Of a stretch of 32,000 nt of DNA, positions 1-9,489 are shown one piece after another (position 1 is the stretch's first letter; every line of letters starts with the position of its first letter). Source of the stretch: Psychrobacter sp. DM4. GTDB taxonomy: Bacteria > Pseudomonadota > Gammaproteobacteria > Pseudomonadales > Moraxellaceae. The notes under the pieces were generated by a model. That model made no database searches, had not been told where the DNA came from, and saw only the letters and a list, made by a program, of their open reading frames with translations. Where the stretch lies: positions 2,280,001-2,312,000 of the forward strand of contig NZ_CP195536.1 of NCBI RefSeq assembly GCF_051307035.1, given 5' to 3'. The position numbers and the translations under genes were made by a program.

Positions 1-1
1 T

Positions 2-151
2 AATTTGGTAAAAACATCGTCGAAATCAAATGAAGCCGTTACCAACCGAGCCCTTAGCCAGAACACAAAGCGGACTATAGCACAGGCAGCAGACCATGTC
101 ACGGTAGACGAAAACCTCAAAATGGCACTTTTGAGACTAGCAAATGACTAG
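2..151 (+). CDS. 3' end of an unidentified plus-strand gene (partial, 49 codons then TAG)
   Basis: Frame 2 is the only frame open from the window edge and ends at TAG 149-151. The bidirectional terminator at 237-294 has a T-run on the plus strand, consistent with a plus-strand gene ending here. No recognisable motif. Confidence 0.3.
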   Translation, partial: NLVKTSSKSNEAVTNRALSQNTKRTIAQAADHVTVDENLKMALLRLAND

Positions 152-236
152 AAATACACTTTTAAGAATGTAAAGTTATGTAATTAAAAATAAAATTATA
201 GTGCCATACTTCTTTAATTTTCTTATCTGCAAAAGC

Positions 237-294
237 AAAAAAACCACCTTAGAAAGTCATTCGATTTGCGAATTTATTTCTAAAGTGGTTTTTT
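237..294. terminator. Bidirectional rho-independent terminator (lpxC and the upstream plus-strand gene)
   Basis: An A7 run is followed by a long imperfect hairpin: CCACCTTAGAAA ... TTTCTAAAGTGG with an inner ATTCG/CGAAT stem. A T6 run follows. The minus strand therefore reads the same stem followed by U7. Confidence 0.7.
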
Positions 295-437
295 ATGCGA
301 CTAAGCTTAGGTATTACGTAGTGTCCGATATATCCATATATATGCATACAAATCTGAACATAAGAAAGCGAATTATAAGTGAACCGATTTGTGTAATCTT
401 ACGTAATTGTTTCGATACATCGTGTATATCCGTGTAT

Positions 438-1355
438 TCATCCTTCAACCATATAGTCATTTATCGTTAAATAATCGATAGGACAGGTTACATTGTCATC
501 AAATGTTACAATTTCGAAATTATCGTGGTCAGATAATATCTCTCGAACGAGTAGATTATTGAGAGCATGTCCTGATTTGTATGCATTGAAACGACCTAAA
601 ATAGGATAACCTATCAGATATAAATCACCTAATGCATCTAAAATCTTGTGACGGACAAACTCATCACTGAACCTCAGACCTTCAGCATTGAGTACGCGAG
701 CATCATCGATAACGATAGCATTGTCCATGCTACCCCCTAGAGCGAGATTGTTATTACGCAAGGTCTCGATATCTCGCAAAAAACCAAAAGTACGAGCTGA
801 GCTCAGCTCCTCGATAAAATTTTGCGTAGAAAAGTCCAATTGTGCATATTGATAATCTTTGTCAAAAGCAGGATGATCAAAATCAATTTCAAAATTTAGC
901 TCAAAACCATCATAAGGTTTCAGCTCTGCCCACTTATCATCAACCTCAACTCTAACGGGTCGTACGATTTTTAAGAACTTTTTAAGCTCATTTTGCTCAC
1001 GAAAACCTGCTTGTAGCAGCAACCCTATAAAAGGTGCAGCGCTACCATCCATAATAGGAATCTCTGAGTCAGAGACACGTATCAGTAGGTTATCAATGCC
1101 AAGTCCTGCAATAGCACTTAGTAGGTGTTCTACGGTACCCACGCGCGTACCACCAAATACTAGGTTTGATGACATCATGGTGTCTTGGACTAAAAAAGCA
1201 CTAGCAGGAATAGGCGATGAGCCTACAATATCTGAACGCTCAAACACGATACCTGTGTCACAAGGTTGTGGATGAAACTCTAAATCAACAGGTTTGCCAC
1301 TATGTAGACCGATACCTGTAACAGCAATAACTGCTTTTATAGTTCGTTGATTCAT
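438..1355 (-). CDS. lpxC: UDP-3-O-acyl-N-acetylglucosamine deacetylase
   Basis: 305 aa. N-terminus is MNQRTIK..TGIGLHSGKPV, with GTVEHLLSA and HKILDALGDL motifs typical of LpxC. GAGAGAG RBS upstream. Lies immediately after ftsZ, as in dcw clusters. Confidence 0.95.
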   Translation of the reverse strand: MNQRTIKAVIAVTGIGLHSGKPVDLEFHPQPCDTGIVFERSDIVGSSPIPASAFLVQDTMMSSNLVFGGTRVGTVEHLLSAIAGLGIDNLLIRVSDSEIPIMDGSAAPFIGLLLQAGFREQNELKKFLKIVRPVRVEVDDKWAELKPYDGFELNFEIDFDHPAFDKDYQYAQLDFSTQNFIEELSSARTFGFLRDIETLRNNNLALGGSMDNAIVIDDARVLNAEGLRFSDEFVRHKILDALGDLYLIGYPILGRFNAYKSGHALNNLLVREILSDHDNFEIVTFDDNVTCPIDYLTINDYMVEG

Positions 1356-1438
1356 GGCTGCTCTCTCACATATTTTGTTACAATTGCCCTAGTGTATCAC
1401 TAGTTATCCCTTATTCGCTATAGTGAAGACATGATAAT

Positions 1439-1457
1439 TTATCAATACTATTGATAA
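1439..1457. repeat. Perfect 9-1-9 palindrome TTATCAATA-C-TATTGATAA upstream of lpxC
   Basis: Read directly from the sequence. A related copy, TCAATAGTAT, at 1471-1480 is the exact reverse complement of 1445-1454. A second palindrome, CTAGTG-TAT-CACTAG, lies at 1389-1403. Confidence 0.6.
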
Positions 1458-1608
1458 GCTGCGCTTGTTGTCAATAGTATATCTTCTTATTTTATTAAAC
1501 AGCGTCTAAATAAAACCCATATAAACAAGGCCTTACCGCTTTCGTAGATACAAGTTATTAGTGTCTGATTGTTTCTATGACCTAATAATTTACTTAATAA
1601 ACTCCCAC

Positions 1609-1636
1609 AAAAAAGCCAACAACCCAGTGCTGGCTC
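1609..1636 (-). terminator. Rho-independent terminator after ftsZ
   Basis: The minus strand reads AGCCAGC-ACUGGGUU-GUUGGCU followed by U6. The stem has 7 bp including one G-U pair. It lies 56 nt downstream of the ftsZ stop. Confidence 0.55.
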
Positions 1637-1691
1637 TTTTCCTATATGTTTCAAAAAACTTATGACATTACTTTATCTACTCTCATCAGAA

Positions 1692-2888
1692 CTATTTATT
1701 CTGCTGACGCTTGAGATAGTCTTGAATGCTGTTCGTTTTGGTTTTTTGGTCTTCTTGAGCAACAGTACTACGTAACGTATTGTCTTGGTAGGTTTTAGTA
1801 TGAGCCTGTTTTTGACTATTCAAGGCACTAGTATGCACGCTAGGATCAACAGATTGAGTGCTGTTGACAGAAGGTACAGGCGGTTCAGAGACAGCCTCTT
1901 TACCCGCATTTTCATCTAACGTTAGACCTGTCGCGATAACAGTCACATGAAGATCATCACCCATTTTCTCATCAATAACCGAACCATAAAAAATGTGCGC
2001 ATCATCGATATCAGTAATTTCATCAACAATAGCGCTGATCTTGCTCATCTCATCTAAAGATAGTGATTCAGAAGAGATGACATTGACCAACAAACCTTTG
2101 GCATTTTCTAACAACAGATCATCCAAAAGCGGCGATCTAATCGCTTTTTCGGTTGCTTGACGGGCACGGTCGTCGCCGCTGGCACGGCCAATACCCATCA
2201 TCGCGTGACCTTTAGCCGTCATAGCCGTACGAATATCATTAAAATCGATATTAATTACACCTTCGCTGGCGATAGTCTCAGCGATACCTTGTACCGCATG
2301 TAATAGGACATCGTCAGCCTTTTTGAAGGCATCTTGCATAGAGATGTTGCCGTACACGCTCATTAGCTTGTCGTTTGGAATGGTAATAATAGAGTCAACG
2401 AAATTAGTCAACTGCTCAATACCAGCTTTGGCCGCTTTGATACGCTTGCCGCCTTCGAACTTAAATGGGGTGGTAACAACAGCAACAGTGAGAACCTCAA
2501 GCTCTTTTGCAATACGAGCCACAACTGGCGCCGCGCCCGTACCCGTACCGCCACCCATACCAGCAGTAATGAACACCATATCGGAGTGCTCAAGCAATTC
2601 GCGAATGGCTTCCTCTTCGCTCTCAGCAGCTTCGCGTCCAACTTCTGGATTGGCACCTGCGCCTAGGCCGCGATTGGTCTTAGCACCCAATTGTAATTTG
2701 TTAGGCGTCGTCAAGCGATCAAGCGCTTGTCTATCCGTATTGGCACAGACAAAAGTAACCCCTCTGATACCTTGTTGCACCATATGCTCAACAGCATTAC
2801 CGCCGCCGCCGCCGACGCCAAATACGGTAAATCGAGCTTGTCCATTGTCATGAACTTGGCTATCGTCTGGCATGGTATATTTTGACAT
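1692..2888 (-). CDS. ftsZ: Cell division GTPase FtsZ
   Basis: Contains GVGGGGGNAV and the tubulin signature AGMGGGTGTGAAP, plus a C-terminal conserved peptide IQDYLKRQ. I chose the start at MSKYTMPDD (ATG 2888) because a GGAGA RBS lies upstream. The ORF stays open to 2927. Confidence 0.95.
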   Translation of the reverse strand: MSKYTMPDDSQVHDNGQARFTVFGVGGGGGNAVEHMVQQGIRGVTFVCANTDRQALDRLTTPNKLQLGAKTNRGLGAGANPEVGREAAESEEEAIRELLEHSDMVFITAGMGGGTGTGAAPVVARIAKELEVLTVAVVTTPFKFEGGKRIKAAKAGIEQLTNFVDSIITIPNDKLMSVYGNISMQDAFKKADDVLLHAVQGIAETIASEGVINIDFNDIRTAMTAKGHAMMGIGRASGDDRARQATEKAIRSPLLDDLLLENAKGLLVNVISSESLSLDEMSKISAIVDEITDIDDAHIFYGSVIDEKMGDDLHVTVIATGLTLDENAGKEAVSEPPVPSVNSTQSVDPSVHTSALNSQKQAHTKTYQDNTLRSTVAQEDQKTKTNSIQDYLKRQQNK

Positions 2889-3023
2889 AGTAAAGGGTTC
2901 TCCAGTTGCATATAGTCTAATCATCAATGTAACAACGCACTTATCTGGCGTGCTACCGACTCATGAGTGTATTTAAATAAAATAAAGAATGAGCTGTTCG
3001 GAATATTTGGGTAAGCAAGTACA

Positions 3024-4316
3024 CTAAAGAATCTTTTTTAGAACTTTAGATAAGCGTTGTCCTGCACTTTGGAACACGCCTTTGACTCGAGCTTGCTGAA
3101 TGGCTTCAGGTTCGCTTTGCTCACTATGACGAAACTGCTCACTTTGGCTATATAATAAGGTACCAAAAGCGGTATGAAAAGCGCGATCATTGATTTGAGT
3201 GTTGATGTGTTTAAAGGCCTCATCATTCTCAAAATGATCGTGAGCGCTGATCGCAGGGTGCATGTTAGTCATAACCACTCGCATTTTTAATAGTTTTTTG
3301 GCGAACGGTATCATGCCTTTAATGGCACTACCGCCCCCTGTCAAAACAATACCGCGGTCAATATATCCTATCAAATCTGCTTCGTGCAAGTGGCAAGCCA
3401 CTTCAGTAAAAATTCGAACGTAACGAGCTTCAATAATACGAGCTAAGTTGTATATATTGACATTGATATCGTCGTTTGGCCCTTGAGGTTTAAAGGTAAA
3501 AAACGAGCTCGGATCCAAGCTATGAATATCAGCGGTACCATGAGACTTTTTGAGTCTCTCAGCATCTATCATCGAGATACCAAAATCGGCTGAGATATCC
3601 ATGGTGACTTCGTGGCTACCCGTTGCCAAGCAGTGCGTAAAAATCAATTTATTTTCTTTATAGACGCAAATACTAGTCGTACTAGCACCAATATCTACTA
3701 GACAAACCCCCTGCTGTCGCTCTTCTTTAATGAGACTATATTCAGCACTGGTAACCGCATCAAAAACGATATGATCAATACCGACATCACAGCTTTGGAG
3801 TAGTTTTTGGATGTTTTGACGACTGGCAACAGGCATCATCATCATGTGATACATAACGTTGATTTTGTCAGCGACCATCTCGATAGCATCATCAACCATA
3901 AACTCTTGATCATCGATATAAATGCCTTGCTGACAGCAATGCATCAAATAATAGTCAGAAGATAGATCTTGAGACTTAGCATTAGATAGCGCCTGTACCA
4001 TATCCTTGGCACTAACAACGTCATCTTCTACACTTACGTTGCCTGCGCTATTTTTGCTCGCAAGCTCTGGTGTCGCAAGTGTAAGCCATACACTATGCAC
4101 GCGGCAGTTTGCCGTGTCTTCTGCCTCTTGAATAGCCTGCTTGATCGCCCCTTGCAGACGCTCACGATGCTTTATTTTACCTTGGTAAAAATCGCTATTT
4201 TTGACTCGACCAACACCCATAATACGGATGTCTGTTGCAGAATAAACACTGCCAATAACGACATATACTGCCGTGGCGCTTAGATGAACAACAACCAGAT
4301 TTTCTGTATTTTTCAT
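3024..4316 (-). CDS. ftsA: Cell division protein FtsA
   Basis: Actin-like ATPase motifs VDIGASTTSICVY and IVLTGGGSAIKGM, with a C-terminal amphipathic helix LSKVLKKIL. The start MKNTENLVVV aligns with canonical FtsA N-termini. The ORF stays open to 4364. Confidence 0.93.
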   Translation of the reverse strand: MKNTENLVVVHLSATAVYVVIGSVYSATDIRIMGVGRVKNSDFYQGKIKHRERLQGAIKQAIQEAEDTANCRVHSVWLTLATPELASKNSAGNVSVEDDVVSAKDMVQALSNAKSQDLSSDYYLMHCCQQGIYIDDQEFMVDDAIEMVADKINVMYHMMMMPVASRQNIQKLLQSCDVGIDHIVFDAVTSAEYSLIKEERQQGVCLVDIGASTTSICVYKENKLIFTHCLATGSHEVTMDISADFGISMIDAERLKKSHGTADIHSLDPSSFFTFKPQGPNDDINVNIYNLARIIEARYVRIFTEVACHLHEADLIGYIDRGIVLTGGGSAIKGMIPFAKKLLKMRVVMTNMHPAISAHDHFENDEAFKHINTQINDRAFHTAFGTLLYSQSEQFRHSEQSEPEAIQQARVKGVFQSAGQRLSKVLKKIL

Positions 4317-4452
4317 GGTACCAAACAAATTATCGCTAGACAGGAAACTAAATGATGCTTCCATTAAATCATTAAAAAAACACTACAATCTCTGTAGCGT
4401 CACAAATCAAGCTTTACTACGTTAAAGCGCTGATAAACTCAAAACTGATAAA

Positions 4453-5286
4453 TTATGGCACTGCTGATTCGGCTTTTGGCTCATTACTTAAAGGTTCAGC
4501 GAACGCTTTGTCCATGTTCCAAGCAAGTGTAAAGCCGTTCTTGTAACGTAAATCTATAGCTTGAATATCGTCACGCTGCGCGCTTAATTGATTACCAAGC
4601 AGTTGACTTAAATTGAGCAGTTTTTGTGCGGTATTCTCATTGTCTACTATCACTCTTAGACCGTTATCAAAACGAATCAGCCAAGTCATACGTGGTGACA
4701 ATATAATGTCTTCGACCTGAATATCGAGCGGCGCGTACCAGTCATTAATTTGTTGCATTTGTTGCATGATAACTGGTGCTTGTGCAATCTCGCCTTGCAA
4801 CATAGCATACTGTACTTGTTGCAAATCCTTGCTATCTACAGGCACAAATACGACGCCTTTAGCATCAACCAAACGTTCTGTACCGAATTTGGCAACCGCC
4901 TGCTTAGGCAAAGCTTCAATGACGATACCGCGTTGCCAATCACGTGTCACACTGACCTGATCTATCCACGGCAGACCAATAGTAATGTCTCTTAGTGATT
5001 GCAAGTCGGATGTAAAAAAACTACTAACGGCTTGTTGGCTCATTACCTGCTTTAACGCCTGATGTTGAGCAATACTCAGATCCTGACTACTCACAAAAAT
5101 AGCGGCAGGAGGCGCATCACGAAGTGCTTTGCCGCCCATAAATAAAATCACCAAAAGTAATCCAAGAACCGCTGCTATAAAGAAATACCTAATAATAGTA
5201 GGCAGCTGGAAATTAGATTTTGAACCATGGGTCTTATCACTCATTAAGCCAGTTGCATTGTTGATAGCTTGAGCCATGTTCACCAT
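4453..5286 (-). CDS. ftsQ: Cell division protein FtsQ
   Basis: 277 aa. Short cytoplasmic N-terminus, a single TM (IIRYFFIAAVLGLLLVILFMGG), then a periplasmic POTRA-like region. Lies between ddl and ftsA. The exact start is ambiguous: ATG 5286, GTG 5283 or ATG 5277 relative to an AAGGA RBS. Confidence 0.85.
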   Translation of the reverse strand: MVNMAQAINNATGLMSDKTHGSKSNFQLPTIIRYFFIAAVLGLLLVILFMGGKALRDAPPAAIFVSSQDLSIAQHQALKQVMSQQAVSSFFTSDLQSLRDITIGLPWIDQVSVTRDWQRGIVIEALPKQAVAKFGTERLVDAKGVVFVPVDSKDLQQVQYAMLQGEIAQAPVIMQQMQQINDWYAPLDIQVEDIILSPRMTWLIRFDNGLRVIVDNENTAQKLLNLSQLLGNQLSAQRDDIQAIDLRYKNGFTLAWNMDKAFAEPLSNEPKAESAVP

Positions 5287-5580
5287 CGTCCTTAATTTTA
5301 GTGTGTATTGTTTATAAATCTAGTAATTTTATAGTTATAACTGATGATTACATGTAGAGTCATATCAGTCGAGAAACTAATTAATGCTTATATCACTTAT
5401 AAAAAAATCTTATAAATGAATGAGGCTATCATATTTTTACGATATTAACGTATTTTACTAATAAACAATAGCTTAACCCATATTACCATCGCTGAATTTA
5501 CACAAGTTTACACAATGTTGTGCTATAGCAGGTATGGCGATACATTATACATTTTATGATTGCGAAGTACTGTAATCCAT

Positions 5581-6633
5581 TTATAGAGTCTGCGCTAAAA
5601 TATGCCAACACAACTGATCAAAATCCATACCTTTTGCCTTGGCTGCCATAGGTACTAAGCTATGACTGGTCATACCTGGTACTGTATTGACCTCAAGTAG
5701 CCAAAAGTTACCCATTTCATCTTGCATGGCATCAACGCGCCCCCACCCTTTGGCATCAACTGCGCGAAATGCGGCTAAACTCAAAGCTTGCAAATGTTGT
5801 TCGTCTTTATCACTTAAGCCACACGGAATATAGTATCCCGTATCATTGCGAGTGTACTTGGCCTCAAAATCGTAAAAATTTGAGATGTCAGCAGGTTCTA
5901 AGCGAATAACAGGATAAGCGTCATCATCAATAATCACAATAGTAAATTCGCGACCTGTGATCCAGCGCTCAGCCATCACCGCGTCTCCGCACGCGACCGC
6001 GGTAGTATAAGCCGCTGGCAGCTCGTCAAGATTATTCACCTTAGTCATACCGATACTCGAACCTTCATGAACAGGTTTAATAATCAGCGGTAGCCCTAGC
6101 ATATTGACCACTTGCTGCCAGTCAGTGTCAGCAGTCAGTAGTGAGAACGGCGCAGTCGCAAGGCCACAACCTTGCCACAATTGCTTGGTGCGAATCTTGT
6201 CCATGCCGAGTGCCGAGGCTAATACACCTGATCCTGTTTGCGGTATATCCAGCCACTGCAACACACCTTGTAAGATTCCATCCTCACCGCCGCGACCATG
6301 CAAGACGTTGAATACACGATCATAGTTGCGTAGCTCAATGATGTCTTGATCTTTGGGGTCAAAGTGAGTGGCATCAACGCCTTGGTTTTGTAATGCTAAA
6401 AGTACCGCAGCACCACTATCTAAAGAGACGCTGCGCTCATTGCTATTGCCACCATAAACCACCGCAACTTTGCCAAATTGACTGGCATCTTCTTTATCTA
6501 AAACATTGTTTTTGGACACGTCTACATTATTGTCCTGCTCTATATAAGCCTCAGATAACGCTGATTCTGGATTATCGATAGTTGTTGGCGCACTGTCTTT
6601 TTGCGTGCTAGTTTTTTGGTCATGAGTAGTCAT
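5581..6633 (-). CDS. ddl: D-alanine--D-alanine ligase with ~50-aa hydrophilic N-terminal extension
   Basis: ATP-grasp motifs GGNSNERSVSL, VLHGRGGEDGILQG and LEVNTVPGMTSHSLVP. An AGGAA RBS lies 7 nt before ATG 6633. There is no in-frame ATG between the annotated start and the conserved core. Confidence 0.93.
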   Translation of the reverse strand: MTTHDQKTSTQKDSAPTTIDNPESALSEAYIEQDNNVDVSKNNVLDKEDASQFGKVAVVYGGNSNERSVSLDSGAAVLLALQNQGVDATHFDPKDQDIIELRNYDRVFNVLHGRGGEDGILQGVLQWLDIPQTGSGVLASALGMDKIRTKQLWQGCGLATAPFSLLTADTDWQQVVNMLGLPLIIKPVHEGSSIGMTKVNNLDELPAAYTTAVACGDAVMAERWITGREFTIVIIDDDAYPVIRLEPADISNFYDFEAKYTRNDTGYYIPCGLSDKDEQHLQALSLAAFRAVDAKGWGRVDAMQDEMGNFWLLEVNTVPGMTSHSLVPMAAKAKGMDFDQLCWHILAQTL

Positions 6634-6651
6634 ATATAATTCCTAAAACGC

Positions 6652-8091
6652 TTACTTTAGATACAAGTCATTGGCTGCTAAATCTACAGCTATTTGCCCC
6701 ACGTTACCTGCGCCTTGTGTGATCAGCATATCGCCTGCTTTTAGCAGCCGTTGCATCACAGGGGCGAGATTATCTTTGTCCACGACCGTCGGTTCAATCT
6801 CCCCGCGCAAGCGAATGCTACGGGCTAAGGATTTGGTATCTGCGCCTGCGATTGGATTCTCCCCTGCCGAATATACCTCTAATAATAGCAGTTCATCAAC
6901 GGAGGAAAGCACATCGACAAAATCGTCATAACAATCGCGAGTACGGCTATAGCGGTGCGGCTGAAATAACATGACTAAGCGACGCTCAGGGAAGCTTTGA
7001 CGAGCCGCCTTGATGGTCGCATCAACCTCTTTTGGATGATGACCATAGTCATCTATTAAAATGACATCGCCGTTGTCTATAGCCACTGACGCATGTTGCT
7101 CAAAACGGCGACCTACCCCTGCAAATTTCTGTAGAGCGCGTTTGATTGCTTCGTCATCAACGCCCTCATCAGTGGCCATAGTAATCGCTGCTAGGGCATT
7201 GTAGACGTTGTGCGTACCAGGGATGTTGAGCGTCAAACGTAGCGGTTCGTTATCACGGCGCAGGACGGTAAAGTGCGTTTTGGTTCCTTCAACGACTAGA
7301 TCGACAGCTTGCACATCATTAAAAGGTTCAAGACCGAACGTGAGCACAGGGCGACCAATATCATCAATCATTGCGTACAGTTCAGGGTCATCTCCGCAGA
7401 CGACAGCTAAGCCATAAAATGGCATATTTTGTAAGAACTGAATGTAGGCAGCTTTTAACTTATCAAAACTATTCTCATAAGTATCCATGTGATCTTGATC
7501 GATATTGGTCACAATGGCGGCCATCGGATGCAACGACAAAAAGGACGCATCGGACTCGTCGGCTTCAGCGACCAAATAACGACTACTACCAAGAGCGGCG
7601 TTCTTACCAGACGCGTTTAACTTACCGCCGATGACATATGTTGGATCCAGCTTACCTTCTGCTAGCATCATCGTTAGAAGGCTGGTCGTTGTGGTTTTGC
7701 CATGAGCGCCTGCAACCGCAATACCATGACGGTAACGCATAAGCTCGCCCAACATATCGGCGCGGCGGACAACGGGCAGACGTGCTTTTAGCGCCGCTTT
7801 TATCTCAGGATTGCTACGATCTATCGCGGACGACACCACGATAACATCAGCATTGGCGATGTTTTTGGAGTCATGACCAATAAACAGCTCTATACCGATA
7901 TCTTGCAAACGCTTGGTCACAGGGCTTTGAGCAATATCAGAGCCGCTGACCTGATAGCCTTGATTACTCATAACTTCAGCGATACCACACATGCCAGAGC
8001 CGCCAATACCCACAAAATGCAAATGCTGAATACGGCGCATCTCTGGAATTTCAATTAAGCGTTTGGGTAGGACTTTGGTAGATGTCAGCAT
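6652..8091 (-). CDS. murC: UDP-N-acetylmuramate--L-alanine ligase
   Basis: [25 protein letters not shown]-terminus, [11 protein letters not shown]-loop and DDYGHHP motif. 479 aa. Confidence 0.95.
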   Translation of the reverse strand: MLTSTKVLPKRLIEIPEMRRIQHLHFVGIGGSGMCGIAEVMSNQGYQVSGSDIAQSPVTKRLQDIGIELFIGHDSKNIANADVIVVSSAIDRSNPEIKAALKARLPVVRRADMLGELMRYRHGIAVAGAHGKTTTTSLLTMMLAEGKLDPTYVIGGKLNASGKNAALGSSRYLVAEADESDASFLSLHPMAAIVTNIDQDHMDTYENSFDKLKAAYIQFLQNMPFYGLAVVCGDDPELYAMIDDIGRPVLTFGLEPFNDVQAVDLVVEGTKTHFTVLRRDNEPLRLTLNIPGTHNVYNALAAITMATDEGVDDEAIKRALQKFAGVGRRFEQHASVAIDNGDVILIDDYGHHPKEVDATIKAARQSFPERRLVMLFQPHRYSRTRDCYDDFVDVLSSVDELLLLEVYSAGENPIAGADTKSLARSIRLRGEIEPTVVDKDNLAPVMQRLLKAGDMLITQGAGNVGQIAVDLAANDLYLK

Positions 8092-8159
8092 AGATCCCTC
8101 TTAATAAAGCACTCGAAGATAGTAGTTTGTAAACAAAACAAAAATAGTCGGTAAAAATA

Positions 8160-9245
8160 TTAAAGCGTTTGCCAAATGATATCAGTCACTTGTTGACTGG
8201 CACTGCGATTAGCGAGTGCATGTCCCTTTTGTGCCATTCTCAGGCAAGCTTGCCTGTTAAGTACCGCCAGCTCATCGCTCAAACGTTGCGGCGTCAACTC
8301 AATTTGCGGCAATAAAATCGCTGCATCATACGCGGTTAATGTTTTGGCATTAGCCGTCTGATGATCGTCAACAGCATGCGGTAGCGGTACAAAAATAGCA
8401 GCAATACCTACGTTTTGAATTTCGGTGACCGTCAGTGCGCCTGCTCGGCAAACAATCACGTCAGCCCAATTGTAGGCCGCCGCCATATCGTCTATAAAGG
8501 GCTGTACCGTAAACTGATGATTGCTCAAATCTTCGCGCTGGTAAGCTACAAGAGTAGCGGACTCATTATTGCGGCCACACTGATGACGCACCTCAAAGGG
8601 ACTATCTAGCAACGCCAAAGCTTTTGGCACGTTTTCATTGAGCACTTGTGCCCCTAATGAGCCACCAACGATAAGCAGGCGTAACGGTGATTTGTCAGTG
8701 ACATCATAACGAGTAGAAGGTGCGTCAACACCAGTAATAGTATTGCGTACTGGATTGCCGACCGTTACGATTTTACGGTCATTTTGGCTATTTGCAAACG
8801 TATTATCAAAAGCTTGGAGCACTTTACTAGCAATCTTAGACAAGTAGCGATTGCTCATGCCTGCTATGGCGTTTTGCTCGTGAATGATGAGCGGCGTGCC
8901 AGTCATACGCGCAGCGATGCCGCCAGGAGCACTGACATAACCGCCAAACCCAACGACGACATCAATCTGATTACTTTTAATGACTTTTATAGTCGCCATC
9001 GTTGCTGACAACAAAGTCACTGGCAGCTTTAATAATCGAGCAATCCCTTTACCGCGTAGCCCTTGCATGTCGATAGCATGAAAATCATAGCCTACTGGCT
9101 TGACCAGACCATTCTCCATACCGCTAGGCGTCCCCAACCAATGAATCACTGCGCCGCGCTGAGTTAGCGCCTCACTCACAGCGAGTGCTGGAAAGACGTG
9201 CCCACCAGTACCAGCGGCCATCATCAATATGTGCGGTGTTTTCAT
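8160..9245 (-). CDS. murG: Undecaprenyldiphospho-muramoylpentapeptide beta-N-acetylglucosaminyltransferase
   Basis: AGTGGHVFPALAV N-terminal motif, a GT28 C-terminal domain (RAGALTVTE) and the position upstream of murC. Confidence 0.95.
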   Translation of the reverse strand: MKTPHILMMAAGTGGHVFPALAVSEALTQRGAVIHWLGTPSGMENGLVKPVGYDFHAIDMQGLRGKGIARLLKLPVTLLSATMATIKVIKSNQIDVVVGFGGYVSAPGGIAARMTGTPLIIHEQNAIAGMSNRYLSKIASKVLQAFDNTFANSQNDRKIVTVGNPVRNTITGVDAPSTRYDVTDKSPLRLLIVGGSLGAQVLNENVPKALALLDSPFEVRHQCGRNNESATLVAYQREDLSNHQFTVQPFIDDMAAAYNWADVIVCRAGALTVTEIQNVGIAAIFVPLPHAVDDHQTANAKTLTAYDAAILLPQIELTPQRLSDELAVLNRQACLRMAQKGHALANRSASQQVTDIIWQTL

Positions 9246-9452
9246 AAGACTACCTTTATTATTTTATTAATCGGTAAGTAGTTGCCGTAGCATGGACAAG
9301 ATAATGTGGCTAAATGCATATAACAAATCATACATATAACGAATAAAGTTCGCTAGTATAAATCAAATCATTCCCTGACAGATACTATTTTCAAAAGCTT
9401 ATTATAAACTTGCAAACCTCTGATTTTATTCACTCTATAAATAGCTAGGCTC

Positions 9453-9488
9453 TGAGTTTAAGATGATAATTAAATCGTCTTAAACTCA
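9453..9488. repeat. Perfect 11-bp inverted repeat abutting the DUF2147 gene stop
   Basis: TGAGTTTAAGA (9453-9463) and TCTTAAACTCA (9478-9488) are separated by a 14-nt loop. No U-run follows on the minus strand, so it is not a canonical terminator. Confidence 0.5.
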
Positions 9489-9489
9489 A

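Noticed and set aside
201-470. 89-aa plus-strand ORF spanning the lpxC terminator and lpxC 3' end
   Set aside because: It starts at GTG, runs through a strong terminator hairpin, overlaps the lpxC stop, and its AT-rich product is implausible.
2323-2853. 176-aa ORF antisense to ftsZ (Pro/Ala/Ser-rich, includes PPPPPTP)
   Set aside because: This is a shadow ORF produced by the Gly/Ala-rich codons of the conserved FtsZ core on the opposite strand. It has no RBS and a low-complexity product. The same reasoning applies to the other antisense ORFs inside murC, ddl, ftsQ, murG, slt and argE.
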